A stretch of DNA of 51,262 bases, taken from Candidatus Saccharimonadia bacterium (GTDB taxonomy: Bacteria; Patescibacteriota; Saccharimonadia; CAILAD01; BJGX01). The translations under genes were made by a program, and so were the position numbers. This document shows positions 34,518 through 42,245 of this stretch, piece after piece (within the stretch, counting starts at the first letter, position 1; every line of letters starts with the position of its first letter). The notes under the pieces are model-generated. The model searched no databases and was not told where the DNA came from. It saw only the letters and a list, made by a program, of their open reading frames with translations. Location: positions 1 through 51,262 of the forward strand of contig JBIIIT010000001.1 in assembly GCA_044234435.1 (NCBI GenBank), written 5' to 3'.

Positions 34518-34953
34518 TAGAATGCTTTCTGGTTAGTAACACTGTAGCTATTATTAATGCAAAAAATGCCATCGTTACTACAATAAGAGCTCCATATGAA
34601 CCAAAGTTTTCGAATACATAAGACGATTGAAGAAATATTAATATTAAACCAAGCACCAATATAAAGTTTCTTTGAATTTTACTTTTCATAATTACACCAA
34701 TTATTATTAGTACTACGCCAATGGCAATTCTTATGCCAAAATTTAGCGCGTTTGATTCTATACCAAGTATTTTATTCGGAAGAAAAGTTAAGCCGACCAA
34801 CCCAGAAACTGTAGCTGATAGAAGAATTAGCGCAATCATAGCTTCTCTAGACATTGAGTGGCCCTTTTTTGTACCATTAACTGCAAAATAAACTATCATA
34901 ATTATTGCAGCAGGATAAATAAGCACAGATAAAAATGTAAATGCTAATGCCAT
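34510..34953 (-). CDS. hypothetical polytopic membrane protein
   Basis: 147-aa ORF with 4-5 hydrophobic helices. It overlaps the next gene by 8 nt. Confidence 0.45.
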   Translation of the reverse strand: MALAFTFLSVLIYPAAIIMIVYFAVNGTKKGHSMSREAMIALILLSATVSGLVGLTFLPNKILGIESNALNFGIRIAIGVVLIIIGVIMKSKIQRNFILVLGLILIFLQSSYVFENFGSYGALIVVTMAFFALIIATVLLTRKHSNG

Positions 34954-34984
34954 AAAGTTATCTTAGTTATAAAAATTTAATTCG

Positions 34985-35452
34985 TCAATTATTGTTACTA
35001 TAGCAGATTGCTATCGCCAGTGCGTCAGCAGCGTCATCGGGTTTAGGAATAATATTGAGCTTTAGTATTTTTTTGACCATTTCCTGGACCTGTTTCTTTG
35101 TTGCCTTACCATAACCTGTAACAGCCATCTTAACCTGCAATGGCGTGTATTCTGCGATTTCAATATTGTTTTGTGATGCCACCAGCAGCACAATTCCTCT
35201 AGCCTGACTAACACTCATGGCTGTAGTTATGTTATTTGTAAAAAATAATTTTTCAACTGCCATCACATCAGGCCTATGAGAATGAACAAGCTCTTGTAGA
35301 TCATCAAATAAAATACTAAGCCTTTTTGGCATTTCTAAATCTTTAGACGTAGATATGACTCCATAATCTAATTTAGAAATTTTTGAACCGTCTTTTGAAA
35401 TCAATCCAAAGCCAGTAGTGGCTGTTCCGGGATCAATTCCTAGCACCTTCAT
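34985..35452 (-). CDS. ruvC: crossover junction endodeoxyribonuclease RuvC
   Basis: MKVLGIDPGTATTGFG start, EKLFF and DAADALAIA. Confidence 0.92.
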   Translation of the reverse strand: MKVLGIDPGTATTGFGLISKDGSKISKLDYGVISTSKDLEMPKRLSILFDDLQELVHSHRPDVMAVEKLFFTNNITTAMSVSQARGIVLLVASQNNIEIAEYTPLQVKMAVTGYGKATKKQVQEMVKKILKLNIIPKPDDAADALAIAICYSNNN

Positions 35453-36186
35453 TGGATCTTATTTAAGATATCTTCCGGAATATCGAAGTTACTAGTAACC
35501 TCAACTACATCATCTAAATCATCAAGGGCTTCCATTAAGTTCAGCAAGGTCTTAGCTTTGCCTTCGTCTTCGACAACAATAGTCTGACTTGGCTCTTGCT
35601 TAACTTCGGCACTTTCGACATTATCTTCACCCAAAGAATCACGAACTGCTTCGAGCTTATTTGGCTGTGTGTAAACCACTAGCTGGTCGCTGCTATCATC
35701 GATATCATCAGCTCCGGCTTCGATAGCGACTAAGCTTAGTTCATCTTTATCGGCTTCGGCCTTACATATAATTATTCCCTTATTTTCAAATAGATAAGCT
35801 ACTGAACCCTGACCACCCATGGTTCCACCGTGCTTAGAAAAAGTAGACTTAACTTCGGGGCTTGTTCGATTGCGATTATCACTAAGAGCCTTAACCATGA
35901 TCGCTACGCCGGCAGGTCCGTAACCTTCATACAATAATTCCTCGAGCTTGGCGCCTCCACCCTGTCCACTACCCTTGGCGATTGCGCGTTCAATGTTTGT
36001 AGCCGGCACATTAGCTGCCTTAGCTTTTTGTATAGCCAAGCGCAATTTAAAGTTCATTGCTGGATCCGCACCATCTTGTGCCGCAATAGCAATCTCGGCA
36101 GCCATTTTGGTAAAAATTTTACCGCGCTTTGCATCGGCAGCGCCTTTTTTATGTTTAATTGAGTGCCACTTAGAATGTCCTGACAT
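35449..36186 (-). CDS. yebC: YebC/PmpR family DNA-binding transcriptional regulator
   Basis: MSGHSKWHSIKHKKGAADAKRGKIFTK is the family signature. Confidence 0.92.
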   Translation of the reverse strand: MSGHSKWHSIKHKKGAADAKRGKIFTKMAAEIAIAAQDGADPAMNFKLRLAIQKAKAANVPATNIERAIAKGSGQGGGAKLEELLYEGYGPAGVAIMVKALSDNRNRTSPEVKSTFSKHGGTMGGQGSVAYLFENKGIIICKAEADKDELSLVAIEAGADDIDDSSDQLVVYTQPNKLEAVRDSLGEDNVESAEVKQEPSQTIVVEDEGKAKTLLNLMEALDDLDDVVEVTSNFDIPEDILNKIQ

Positions 36187-36222
36187 TTAGCTTTCTCCGA
36201 ATTTACAGATTAAAATACCTGA

Positions 36223-37644
36223 CTATTTTACCAATTCTTGGTGTTTTTGAAAAGAAGAGACCAGACCTTTGTTATATACAATTAGCCCAATAATTAAAAT
36301 AAATAAATACCATAACGCAATTACAAACAGACTGGGAGGAGAACTAACTTTAAAAGCATCCTGAAATTGCAAATATCTAAGAAAGTCGAAAATGTATTTA
36401 ATTAATGAAGATATATAGCCACCCAATATATAAGATTGGCCTGGCAACATTAAGCCCAAGATTGAAGCTATAAATCCTATCAACATTAATAAAGGTATGA
36501 ATGGCATTAATATTGTGTTTGCTAAAAATGCTAGAGTCGAATAACTACCAAATATATAAAGAATGTAAGGAACTGTTGCGATCTGAGCGGCAAGAGTTAT
36601 TGAGATGATCTCAAATAGCAATTTAGGCTTCTTTGGTAATAGCTTTTGCAGGGGTGGTGAAAGCAAAACAATCCCTATTAAAGAAAGAAATGACAACTGC
36701 CAGCCCAAATCCTCCACAATAGCAAGCGGGTTAATAATTAATGTTATTAATGCAGTAAGGCTGATACAGACAAATATACTTACCGGTCTTCCGTAATAAG
36801 ACGCAATTAAAAAAACACTAGCCATAATTGCTGCTCGCAATATCGAGGCTGATCCGCCAGTTAACAGACAAAACCCCCAAACAACTGTTAAGGAAATTAT
36901 TAAACCTCCCCACGCCCATTTTTTACGGAGCAGTTTCTGCAATATTACAACGAGTATGGTGAGATTGTATCCCGAAACTGCCACAACATGCGAAAGGCCA
37001 GTAGAATTTAATGTTTCTTGATAGTCTTGAGCTAACGAACTACGGGCGCCGACCAAAATCCCTTTTATGAAATTTGCTTCCTCCCCTCCGATAGCAATGT
37101 CTGCGCCACTATATAATTTATTTTTTATTTGCACCAAAAAAGGCTGTGTAGAATTAATTATATTTATCTTTGCATAGCTCATTACATAGCCGGGCTTAGC
37201 TAGGCTAGGAAATAACTTACCCTCTACCTCAACTAAATTACCCTCCTTAACAGCCGAAGAAAATGTCTTGACCTTAATACTCTCTGCCCTGCTTTTACCG
37301 TCCACTTTCAGGTCGGTTATTGTGAATACATAATTTCTATCCTTATCCCAGTATGGGTCGCCAATAACAACCCCCTCTATCTTAGACTTCACAAATAATT
37401 TATCGCTGATGCCATTTTGTGAAATGAAATTAATTCTGCCAGTAATACATATAACCCCAAGAATAAACATCATCAAAACCAAAGGAATGAATTTATATTT
37501 ATTACTTATCAGCAATACCGAGACTACTGATATCAAAATAAAAATAAACCATAAATATGAAATTTCATAAATAAAGTTATAGCCCTGTAATATTCCCAGT
37601 ATGAATCCTATGCAAGACAAAATAATTAATGTTGGTCTGCGCAT
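36223..37644 (-). CDS. comEC: ComEC/Rec2 family DNA internalisation channel (no metallo-beta-lactamase domain)
   Basis: Polytopic membrane protein with a DUF4131-like OB region, followed by the competence domain motif GLSHVVAVSGYNLTIL. Confidence 0.75.
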   Translation of the reverse strand: MRRPTLIILSCIGFILGILQGYNFIYEISYLWFIFILISVVSVLLISNKYKFIPLVLMMFILGVICITGRINFISQNGISDKLFVKSKIEGVVIGDPYWDKDRNYVFTITDLKVDGKSRAESIKVKTFSSAVKEGNLVEVEGKLFPSLAKPGYVMSYAKINIINSTQPFLVQIKNKLYSGADIAIGGEEANFIKGILVGARSSLAQDYQETLNSTGLSHVVAVSGYNLTILVVILQKLLRKKWAWGGLIISLTVVWGFCLLTGGSASILRAAIMASVFLIASYYGRPVSIFVCISLTALITLIINPLAIVEDLGWQLSFLSLIGIVLLSPPLQKLLPKKPKLLFEIISITLAAQIATVPYILYIFGSYSTLAFLANTILMPFIPLLMLIGFIASILGLMLPGQSYILGGYISSLIKYIFDFLRYLQFQDAFKVSSPPSLFVIALWYLFILIIGLIVYNKGLVSSFQKHQELVK

Positions 37645-37749
37645 TAAACTATCGTATCGGCATGAGCAATTTCAGACCAAGCTTATGGGCTATGTAATCT
37701 TGATTTTTAGGCTAAAAAACCTTATAATAATCTGGTTATTTTGCCGTAA

Positions 37750-37826
37750 GGGCCCATAGCTCAGTTGGTTAGAGCACCTGCCTTTTAAGCAGGGTGTCGT
37801 GAGTTCGAGTCTCACTGGGCCCTCCA
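37750..37826 (+). tRNA. tRNA-Lys (anticodon UUU), CCA encoded
   Basis: GGGCCCA...TGGGCCC-T-CCA, with anticodon stem CCTGC/GCAGG and loop CTTTTAA. Confidence 0.9.
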
Positions 37827-37827
37827 T

Positions 37828-37858
37828 AAAAAACACTCATAAAGCGGAGTGTTTTTTT
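37828..37858 (+). terminator. rho-independent terminator after tRNA-Lys
   Basis: ACACTC (37833-38) / GAGTGT (37847-52), followed by TTTTTT. Confidence 0.6.
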
Positions 37859-37924
37859 AGTATTGAAAAAAGACTAATTTATCTATAAAATACTCTGGCA
37901 GTCTTTCCTCGAAAGGAGGAATGA

Positions 37925-38665
37925 ATGAGTTCTTTTATTGTCGTGCCCGACACACAAGGCGAATTACATTTGCTCTACGGAATATTGGAGCAGATATTTG
38001 ACAGAAATCTGCTTAAAGACAGAAAGCTAGTTTTCTTGGGCGACTATATGAACCGAGGAGAAAACACAAAGCTTTTGCTAGATGAATGTATTTCTCTTCA
38101 AAAGCTTGGTCATATTTTTCTACGGGGAAACCATGAAGATGTATTGATTCGTGCTTATCTTGCCCATGCTAATGGTGATGAGTTTTTTAGAGATATTCTT
38201 ATCTACCAATGGCTTCGCATGGAATCAAACACGCTGCTAAGCTATGGGATTAGCAAACACAGAAAAAATAACTTCAAAATCTTTGAAGAATTTGTTAATG
38301 CTCTTGAAGCAAGTGGCCATCTAAAATTCCTGATGAATCTACCTGCTTACTATCAGGATGATAAACTTTTGATGATACATGCTGGAATCAAACCAGGCAT
38401 ATATTGGAAAACACAAAAAATCGATATCGATTCAAAGCTAGATTCTTATCGATACGAGATTGAGCAAATGTATTCTTTTGAATTGGCCGACTACGAAGCG
38501 AGTACCGAAAAGGATATTTGCGTTGTTAGTGGCCATTCCCCCAGAGATAAGCCCTTTATCTCCAAAGGTCGTGTACTTCTAGATTGTGGGGCCGGAAGGC
38601 TTAACCGACCACTAGTGGCCTGGATTAGCGACACCAATGAAGTACTTTATTCATACAAAAAATAA
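37925..38665 (+). CDS. PPP-family metallophosphoesterase (ApaH / PrpA-like) with substituted metal-ligand motifs
   Basis: AAAGGAGG SD. Motif II is GDYMNRG, motif III is RGNHE, and later IHAG and SGHSP are present. Motif I reads PDTQGE instead of GDxHG. Confidence 0.7.
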   Translation: MSSFIVVPDTQGELHLLYGILEQIFDRNLLKDRKLVFLGDYMNRGENTKLLLDECISLQKLGHIFLRGNHEDVLIRAYLAHANGDEFFRDILIYQWLRMESNTLLSYGISKHRKNNFKIFEEFVNALEASGHLKFLMNLPAYYQDDKLLMIHAGIKPGIYWKTQKIDIDSKLDSYRYEIEQMYSFELADYEASTEKDICVVSGHSPRDKPFISKGRVLLDCGAGRLNRPLVAWISDTNEVLYSYKK

Positions 38666-38666
38666 T

Positions 38667-38695
38667 AGCCACCTATTTTTTAGGTGGCTTTTTTG
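38667..38695. terminator. bidirectional hairpin terminator shared by convergent genes
   Basis: AGCCACCT (38667-74) / AGGTGGCT (38682-89), followed by TTTTTT. An A-rich run lies on the other side. The hairpin includes the stop codon of the minus-strand ORF. Confidence 0.7.
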
Positions 38696-39255
38696 TTATT
38701 CAAGAACCATTCACGGATAACTTCACAAGACTTATCGGCTTGTGGTGAGTAATTATCTTCATTAAAAAAGAATGATGCGTCTCTACTATCAAGCTTTGCC
38801 CTAGAAATAATTACTTCATTAATGTATCTAATATCGATACCGCATGACAAAGCATTATCTACAATTTTCATAACAGTCTGAAAATGAGGTTTGCCAGTTT
38901 CAGAAGGGCGAGAAAGACGAATAGTCAGAGCCTCTCTGCCAAGACTATCGACATTAATATAGTCGAATTTGTAATGACCAGAGTAGATTCCGTTATGTTC
39001 ACAAATTGAATTGAAAATTCTTGGCGGAAAATCAATGATGAGAGCAAAGATACTATCATCAATATCTTCTGTAATGTCTGGATAGCTTTCCGAATTCCAA
39101 GCCCCATCAATCCTAAAATAATCAAACTTCCAACCCCTAATTCTGTGGACACCACAGTTTTCAAGTTCAAGGCCATACTTTCCTAGGCCTTTTGCATTTG
39201 GAAAACGCTCCAAGTCTTCAAAATTCATTAAGGTACTAAAGGCTGCATACAACAT
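38680..39255 (-). CDS. hypothetical protein, possibly a divergent GGCT/AIG2-fold protein
   Basis: GGGAGGTGA SD. It is collinear by eye with the GGCT at 23566-24015: LYAAFSTLMNFEDL vs YFAYGSNMSVEQM, IRGWKFDYF vs LNGHKFMYS, SIFALIIDF vs EVWGLLYEV, and ICEHNG vs LDGFEH. The YGSN motif is not conserved. Confidence 0.35.
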   Translation of the reverse strand: MLYAAFSTLMNFEDLERFPNAKGLGKYGLELENCGVHRIRGWKFDYFRIDGAWNSESYPDITEDIDDSIFALIIDFPPRIFNSICEHNGIYSGHYKFDYINVDSLGREALTIRLSRPSETGKPHFQTVMKIVDNALSCGIDIRYINEVIISRAKLDSRDASFFFNEDNYSPQADKSCEVIREWFLNNKKAT

Positions 39256-39354
39256 ACTCTCACCTCCCAGAAATGTTGTAAGCGAGAATTATACATTTTT
39301 TAGTAATTATTTTCAATTTGAAATTTGTTATGTTAATTTTGATATAATTACTAA

Positions 39355-40053
39355 ATGGCTAAAAAAATTCTTATTGTTGATAATTCAGCCCACAAAAAGT
39401 GTGATAGATGTTCACAATTCCACAGGCACTTTAGCTCAAAAAGCAGTGTGCTCCATCCTGCCGATAGAGATTTACCGAAAAATCTTGATCCATATAGCCA
39501 CATAATTTTGACAGGATCGGCCGATAGCGTAAATGAGCTTAGTAAGATTTATAAAAAACTTAAACCCCTGATACTTCAAGCAGAAAAAGAAAAAATCCCT
39601 GTCCTGGGAATTTGCTACGGGTTTCAGGCTATAGTTGCTACTTTTGCAGACCTAACTTCGATTGAGCATTATCAAAATCCTGAATTAGGCTGGACTAAAA
39701 TATATGTTACTAGTCCTTCAAGAATTTTTAAGGGAATCCCTAGTAAGTTTTATGCTTTTGAAAATCACACATCTTCAGTGAGTCATTTGCCATCAGAGCT
39801 AAGAAAAACGGCTATTTCTCACAGAAAAAATATTCAGGCATTTGAACATAAAAATAGTCCAATATTTGGTGTTCAGTTTCACCCTGAATACACTACTTTT
39901 CATGGCCGCAGGACTATAAATTATTGGCTAAAAAGAAGAATACCATTTAGATGGTTTACAAATATTAACAAGCCTCCAAGATATAACCCTGAAATTGCCG
40001 AAAAAATAATTACTAATTTTTATCATTCAACTAAAGAATTTAAGAAGAAGTAA
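39355..40053 (+). CDS. stand-alone class I glutamine amidotransferase-fold protein (GATase1 / peptidase C26-like)
   Basis: Nucleophile elbow LGICYGFQAI and the His-Glu pair in GVQFHPEY. There is no attached synthase domain. Confidence 0.7.
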   Translation: MAKKILIVDNSAHKKCDRCSQFHRHFSSKSSVLHPADRDLPKNLDPYSHIILTGSADSVNELSKIYKKLKPLILQAEKEKIPVLGICYGFQAIVATFADLTSIEHYQNPELGWTKIYVTSPSRIFKGIPSKFYAFENHTSSVSHLPSELRKTAISHRKNIQAFEHKNSPIFGVQFHPEYTTFHGRRTINYWLKRRIPFRWFTNINKPPRYNPEIAEKIITNFYHSTKEFKKK

Positions 40054-40642
40054 TTTCTTCTTCATATATTCTTTTTAATATTCTGTTAAATATTTTACGA
40101 CCATCTCCATCTTTTCCACCACGTTCAGGATGGAACTGCACACCCCAAACCTGCTTGGTTCTGTGCTTGATAATCTCTACCCCTTCACTTGAGGCGGCAA
40201 TACAACGAAGCTCATCAGGAAGTTCGGTGATTATCCACCGATTTGATTGAAATACCATAGCCTCTTCTTTTCCAGCCATTACTTTGTTTCTTTGAATAGC
40301 GACTATTGGGAAAAGGCCCTTTCTTCTCTCCTTAAAGCTCCTATGAAGTTCAGCACCATAGGCATAGCCAATTATTTGACAGCCCAAACAAATTCCCACA
40401 ATTGGCTTTTTAGCTTTTTTAACCATTTGAATTTGGTCTTCATACAAATGGGAGAATCTTTTTAGGGATCTTTTTCTACCCTCTACTTCAATTCCTCCGC
40501 CAGAAAGTACAATTACATCAAACGGTTCAACGTCGTAACCACTAACCTCATCATAGTTTATGGTCGTTAAATCATGCTTCTCAAGCAAATTGTTTAGACG
40601 CTTCTTATAGTGAGTATTGTTATTTATTAGTAGTACTTTCAC
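40040..40642 (-). CDS. stand-alone class I glutamine amidotransferase-fold protein (GATase1 / peptidase C26-like)
   Basis: VGICLGCQIIG and GVQFHPER. 200 aa. Its 3' end overlaps the convergent GATase gene by 14 nt. Confidence 0.7.
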   Translation of the reverse strand: MKVLLINNNTHYKKRLNNLLEKHDLTTINYDEVSGYDVEPFDVIVLSGGGIEVEGRKRSLKRFSHLYEDQIQMVKKAKKPIVGICLGCQIIGYAYGAELHRSFKERRKGLFPIVAIQRNKVMAGKEEAMVFQSNRWIITELPDELRCIAASSEGVEIIKHRTKQVWGVQFHPERGGKDGDGRKIFNRILKRIYEEEITSS

Positions 40643-40699
40643 GGAATTTCAGATTATAAATTTATAAAAGGATATAACAAGTAGTAATAGTCGGGGAAA

Positions 40700-41605
40700 T
40701 TATGCCCCTACCTTGTCTCTCTTTCTCTTTTTTGGAACATGGTCCTCTACATATTCAATCATTTTACCTGCAATATCATGCTTGGTTACTTCTTCAATTG
40801 CACCAAACATTGGGAAGGCATTAACCTCCATAACCAAAGGTCCACGCTCTGAAGGTAGCAGGTCAACACCGGCAATATCTAGATTCATGGCTTTTGCAGC
40901 TCCTAGCGCCATTTGTCTTTCGGCACGAGTTAGCTTAATGGCAGTTCCTTGCCCGCCAATATGAATATTGGATCTGAATTCACCTTCAGGGCCCTGGCGC
41001 TTCATAGCTCCGACTATTTTTCCGCCAACGATAAATGCTCTAATATCGACCCCTTTGGACTCTTCGATAAACTCTTGAACTAAGATGTTCACATTTTGAG
41101 AATAGAATGCTTGAATTATTGCGCGTGCGGCACTTCGGGTTTCGGCAAGCATTACCCCCATACCCTGACTTCCTCGTGCCACTTTAACTATCAATGGAGC
41201 TCCACCAACCATGGCGATTAGCTCATCGACAGCACCGGTATTGTTGGCGACTACAGTTTTTGGGATATCGATATCGTGACGGGCTAATAACTGCATGCTT
41301 CTGAGCTTATCCCTTGTGCGAATAAAGGCTAGCGATCCAGTGGTTGAAAATACATTCATCATCTCAAACTGGCGAATTATTGCACTACCATATGCTTGGC
41401 TTGAAATTGAAATTCTGGGAATAATTGCGTCGATTCCCTCAAGTGGCTTTCCTTCGTAGTATACCTGCGGTTTACTTTTTACTACGTTGCAATAACACTT
41501 GGTGTAATCAACAATTCTTACATCATGACCCCGTTTTTGTGCGGCTTCTAAGAGTCGCTCGGCGCCGTTTTTTCGATTGGGTCTTGAAAGTACCAATATT
41601 TTCAT
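40700..41605 (-). CDS. rimK: RimK-type ATP-grasp alpha-L-glutamate ligase (ribosomal protein S6 modification family)
   Basis: AAAGGAGG SD. It is collinear with E. coli RimK as I remember it: MKI..LSR, RDKLRSMQLLAR, GGAPLIVK, LAETRSAA, ILVQEFI, DIR, FRSN.H.GG and RGPLVMEVNA. Confidence 0.85.
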   Translation of the reverse strand: MKILVLSRPNRKNGAERLLEAAQKRGHDVRIVDYTKCYCNVVKSKPQVYYEGKPLEGIDAIIPRISISSQAYGSAIIRQFEMMNVFSTTGSLAFIRTRDKLRSMQLLARHDIDIPKTVVANNTGAVDELIAMVGGAPLIVKVARGSQGMGVMLAETRSAARAIIQAFYSQNVNILVQEFIEESKGVDIRAFIVGGKIVGAMKRQGPEGEFRSNIHIGGQGTAIKLTRAERQMALGAAKAMNLDIAGVDLLPSERGPLVMEVNAFPMFGAIEEVTKHDIAGKMIEYVEDHVPKKRKRDKVGA

Positions 41606-41712
41606 AAGGCCTCCTTTCTTAATGCTTATGTTTATTTTAATTGAAAAATAACTTTATTAACAGAATTAAATGTAACTCAGCAATTTTACAGATAAAAAGC
41701 GCTTTTAGTCAA

Positions 41713-42198
41713 CTATTTTTTGGCTTTACCGACAGTGAGATACATAACAAATATCCACAAAATTAGTAGGCCTAAAGCCACGAAACGCAGATCATAAGAA
41801 AGTGCAGCTAGATTATGCTCGGTGACGAGCTTATCTCTGAATGAACTAGCTAAGCCTTCTAGGGCATACCCTACAAATGCAAATGCCGAAATAAAACCAG
41901 CAATGGCTGCTTTTATTTTGCTTTTGGGATACTTTGAATCCCTAACATTTTTACCTATGGTGCATAAAACAATAGGCAATACTAGCAGAATTATACCTAT
42001 TCCCACACCTGAATATTCAATATTTTTAGCCCCAATAAGTTTTTCTATAACATCTGTCAGCTGAGTTGAAGCTGCAATTCCTATCACTGTTCCAATCATA
42101 ATTCTTTGTGATTTTTCTTCACCTAAAAAGAAGCTGCCGACGGTTGATGCAGCAATTATTGATAGAAAAATAATATCGTAACCAAAATTAAAATTCAT
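41713..42198 (-). CDS. hypothetical polytopic membrane protein
   Basis: 161-aa ORF with about four hydrophobic helices and no motif I recognise. Confidence 0.45.
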   Translation of the reverse strand: MNFNFGYDIIFLSIIAASTVGSFFLGEEKSQRIMIGTVIGIAASTQLTDVIEKLIGAKNIEYSGVGIGIILLVLPIVLCTIGKNVRDSKYPKSKIKAAIAGFISAFAFVGYALEGLASSFRDKLVTEHNLAALSYDLRFVALGLLILWIFVMYLTVGKAKK

Positions 42199-42245
42199 AA
42201 TAAAAAAGTTATGTTTAAATTATAACTCTTTTTATTGAAATTAAA

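Noticed and set aside
37645-41712. A classical integrative element (prophage or ICE) at tRNA-Lys(UUU).
   Set aside because: There is no integrase, recombinase, transposase or phage gene, and I found no direct repeat of the tRNA 3' end downstream. I therefore treat it as an accessory island of unknown origin rather than as a mobile element.
42200-42228. The hairpin AGTTAT/ATAACT plus a T-run (minus strand) as a terminator after dnaJ.
   Set aside because: The stem is weak and all A/T. Its T-run abuts the ATG of the next minus-strand gene at 42198, leaving no room for a promoter. It is more likely an incidental AT-rich palindrome.
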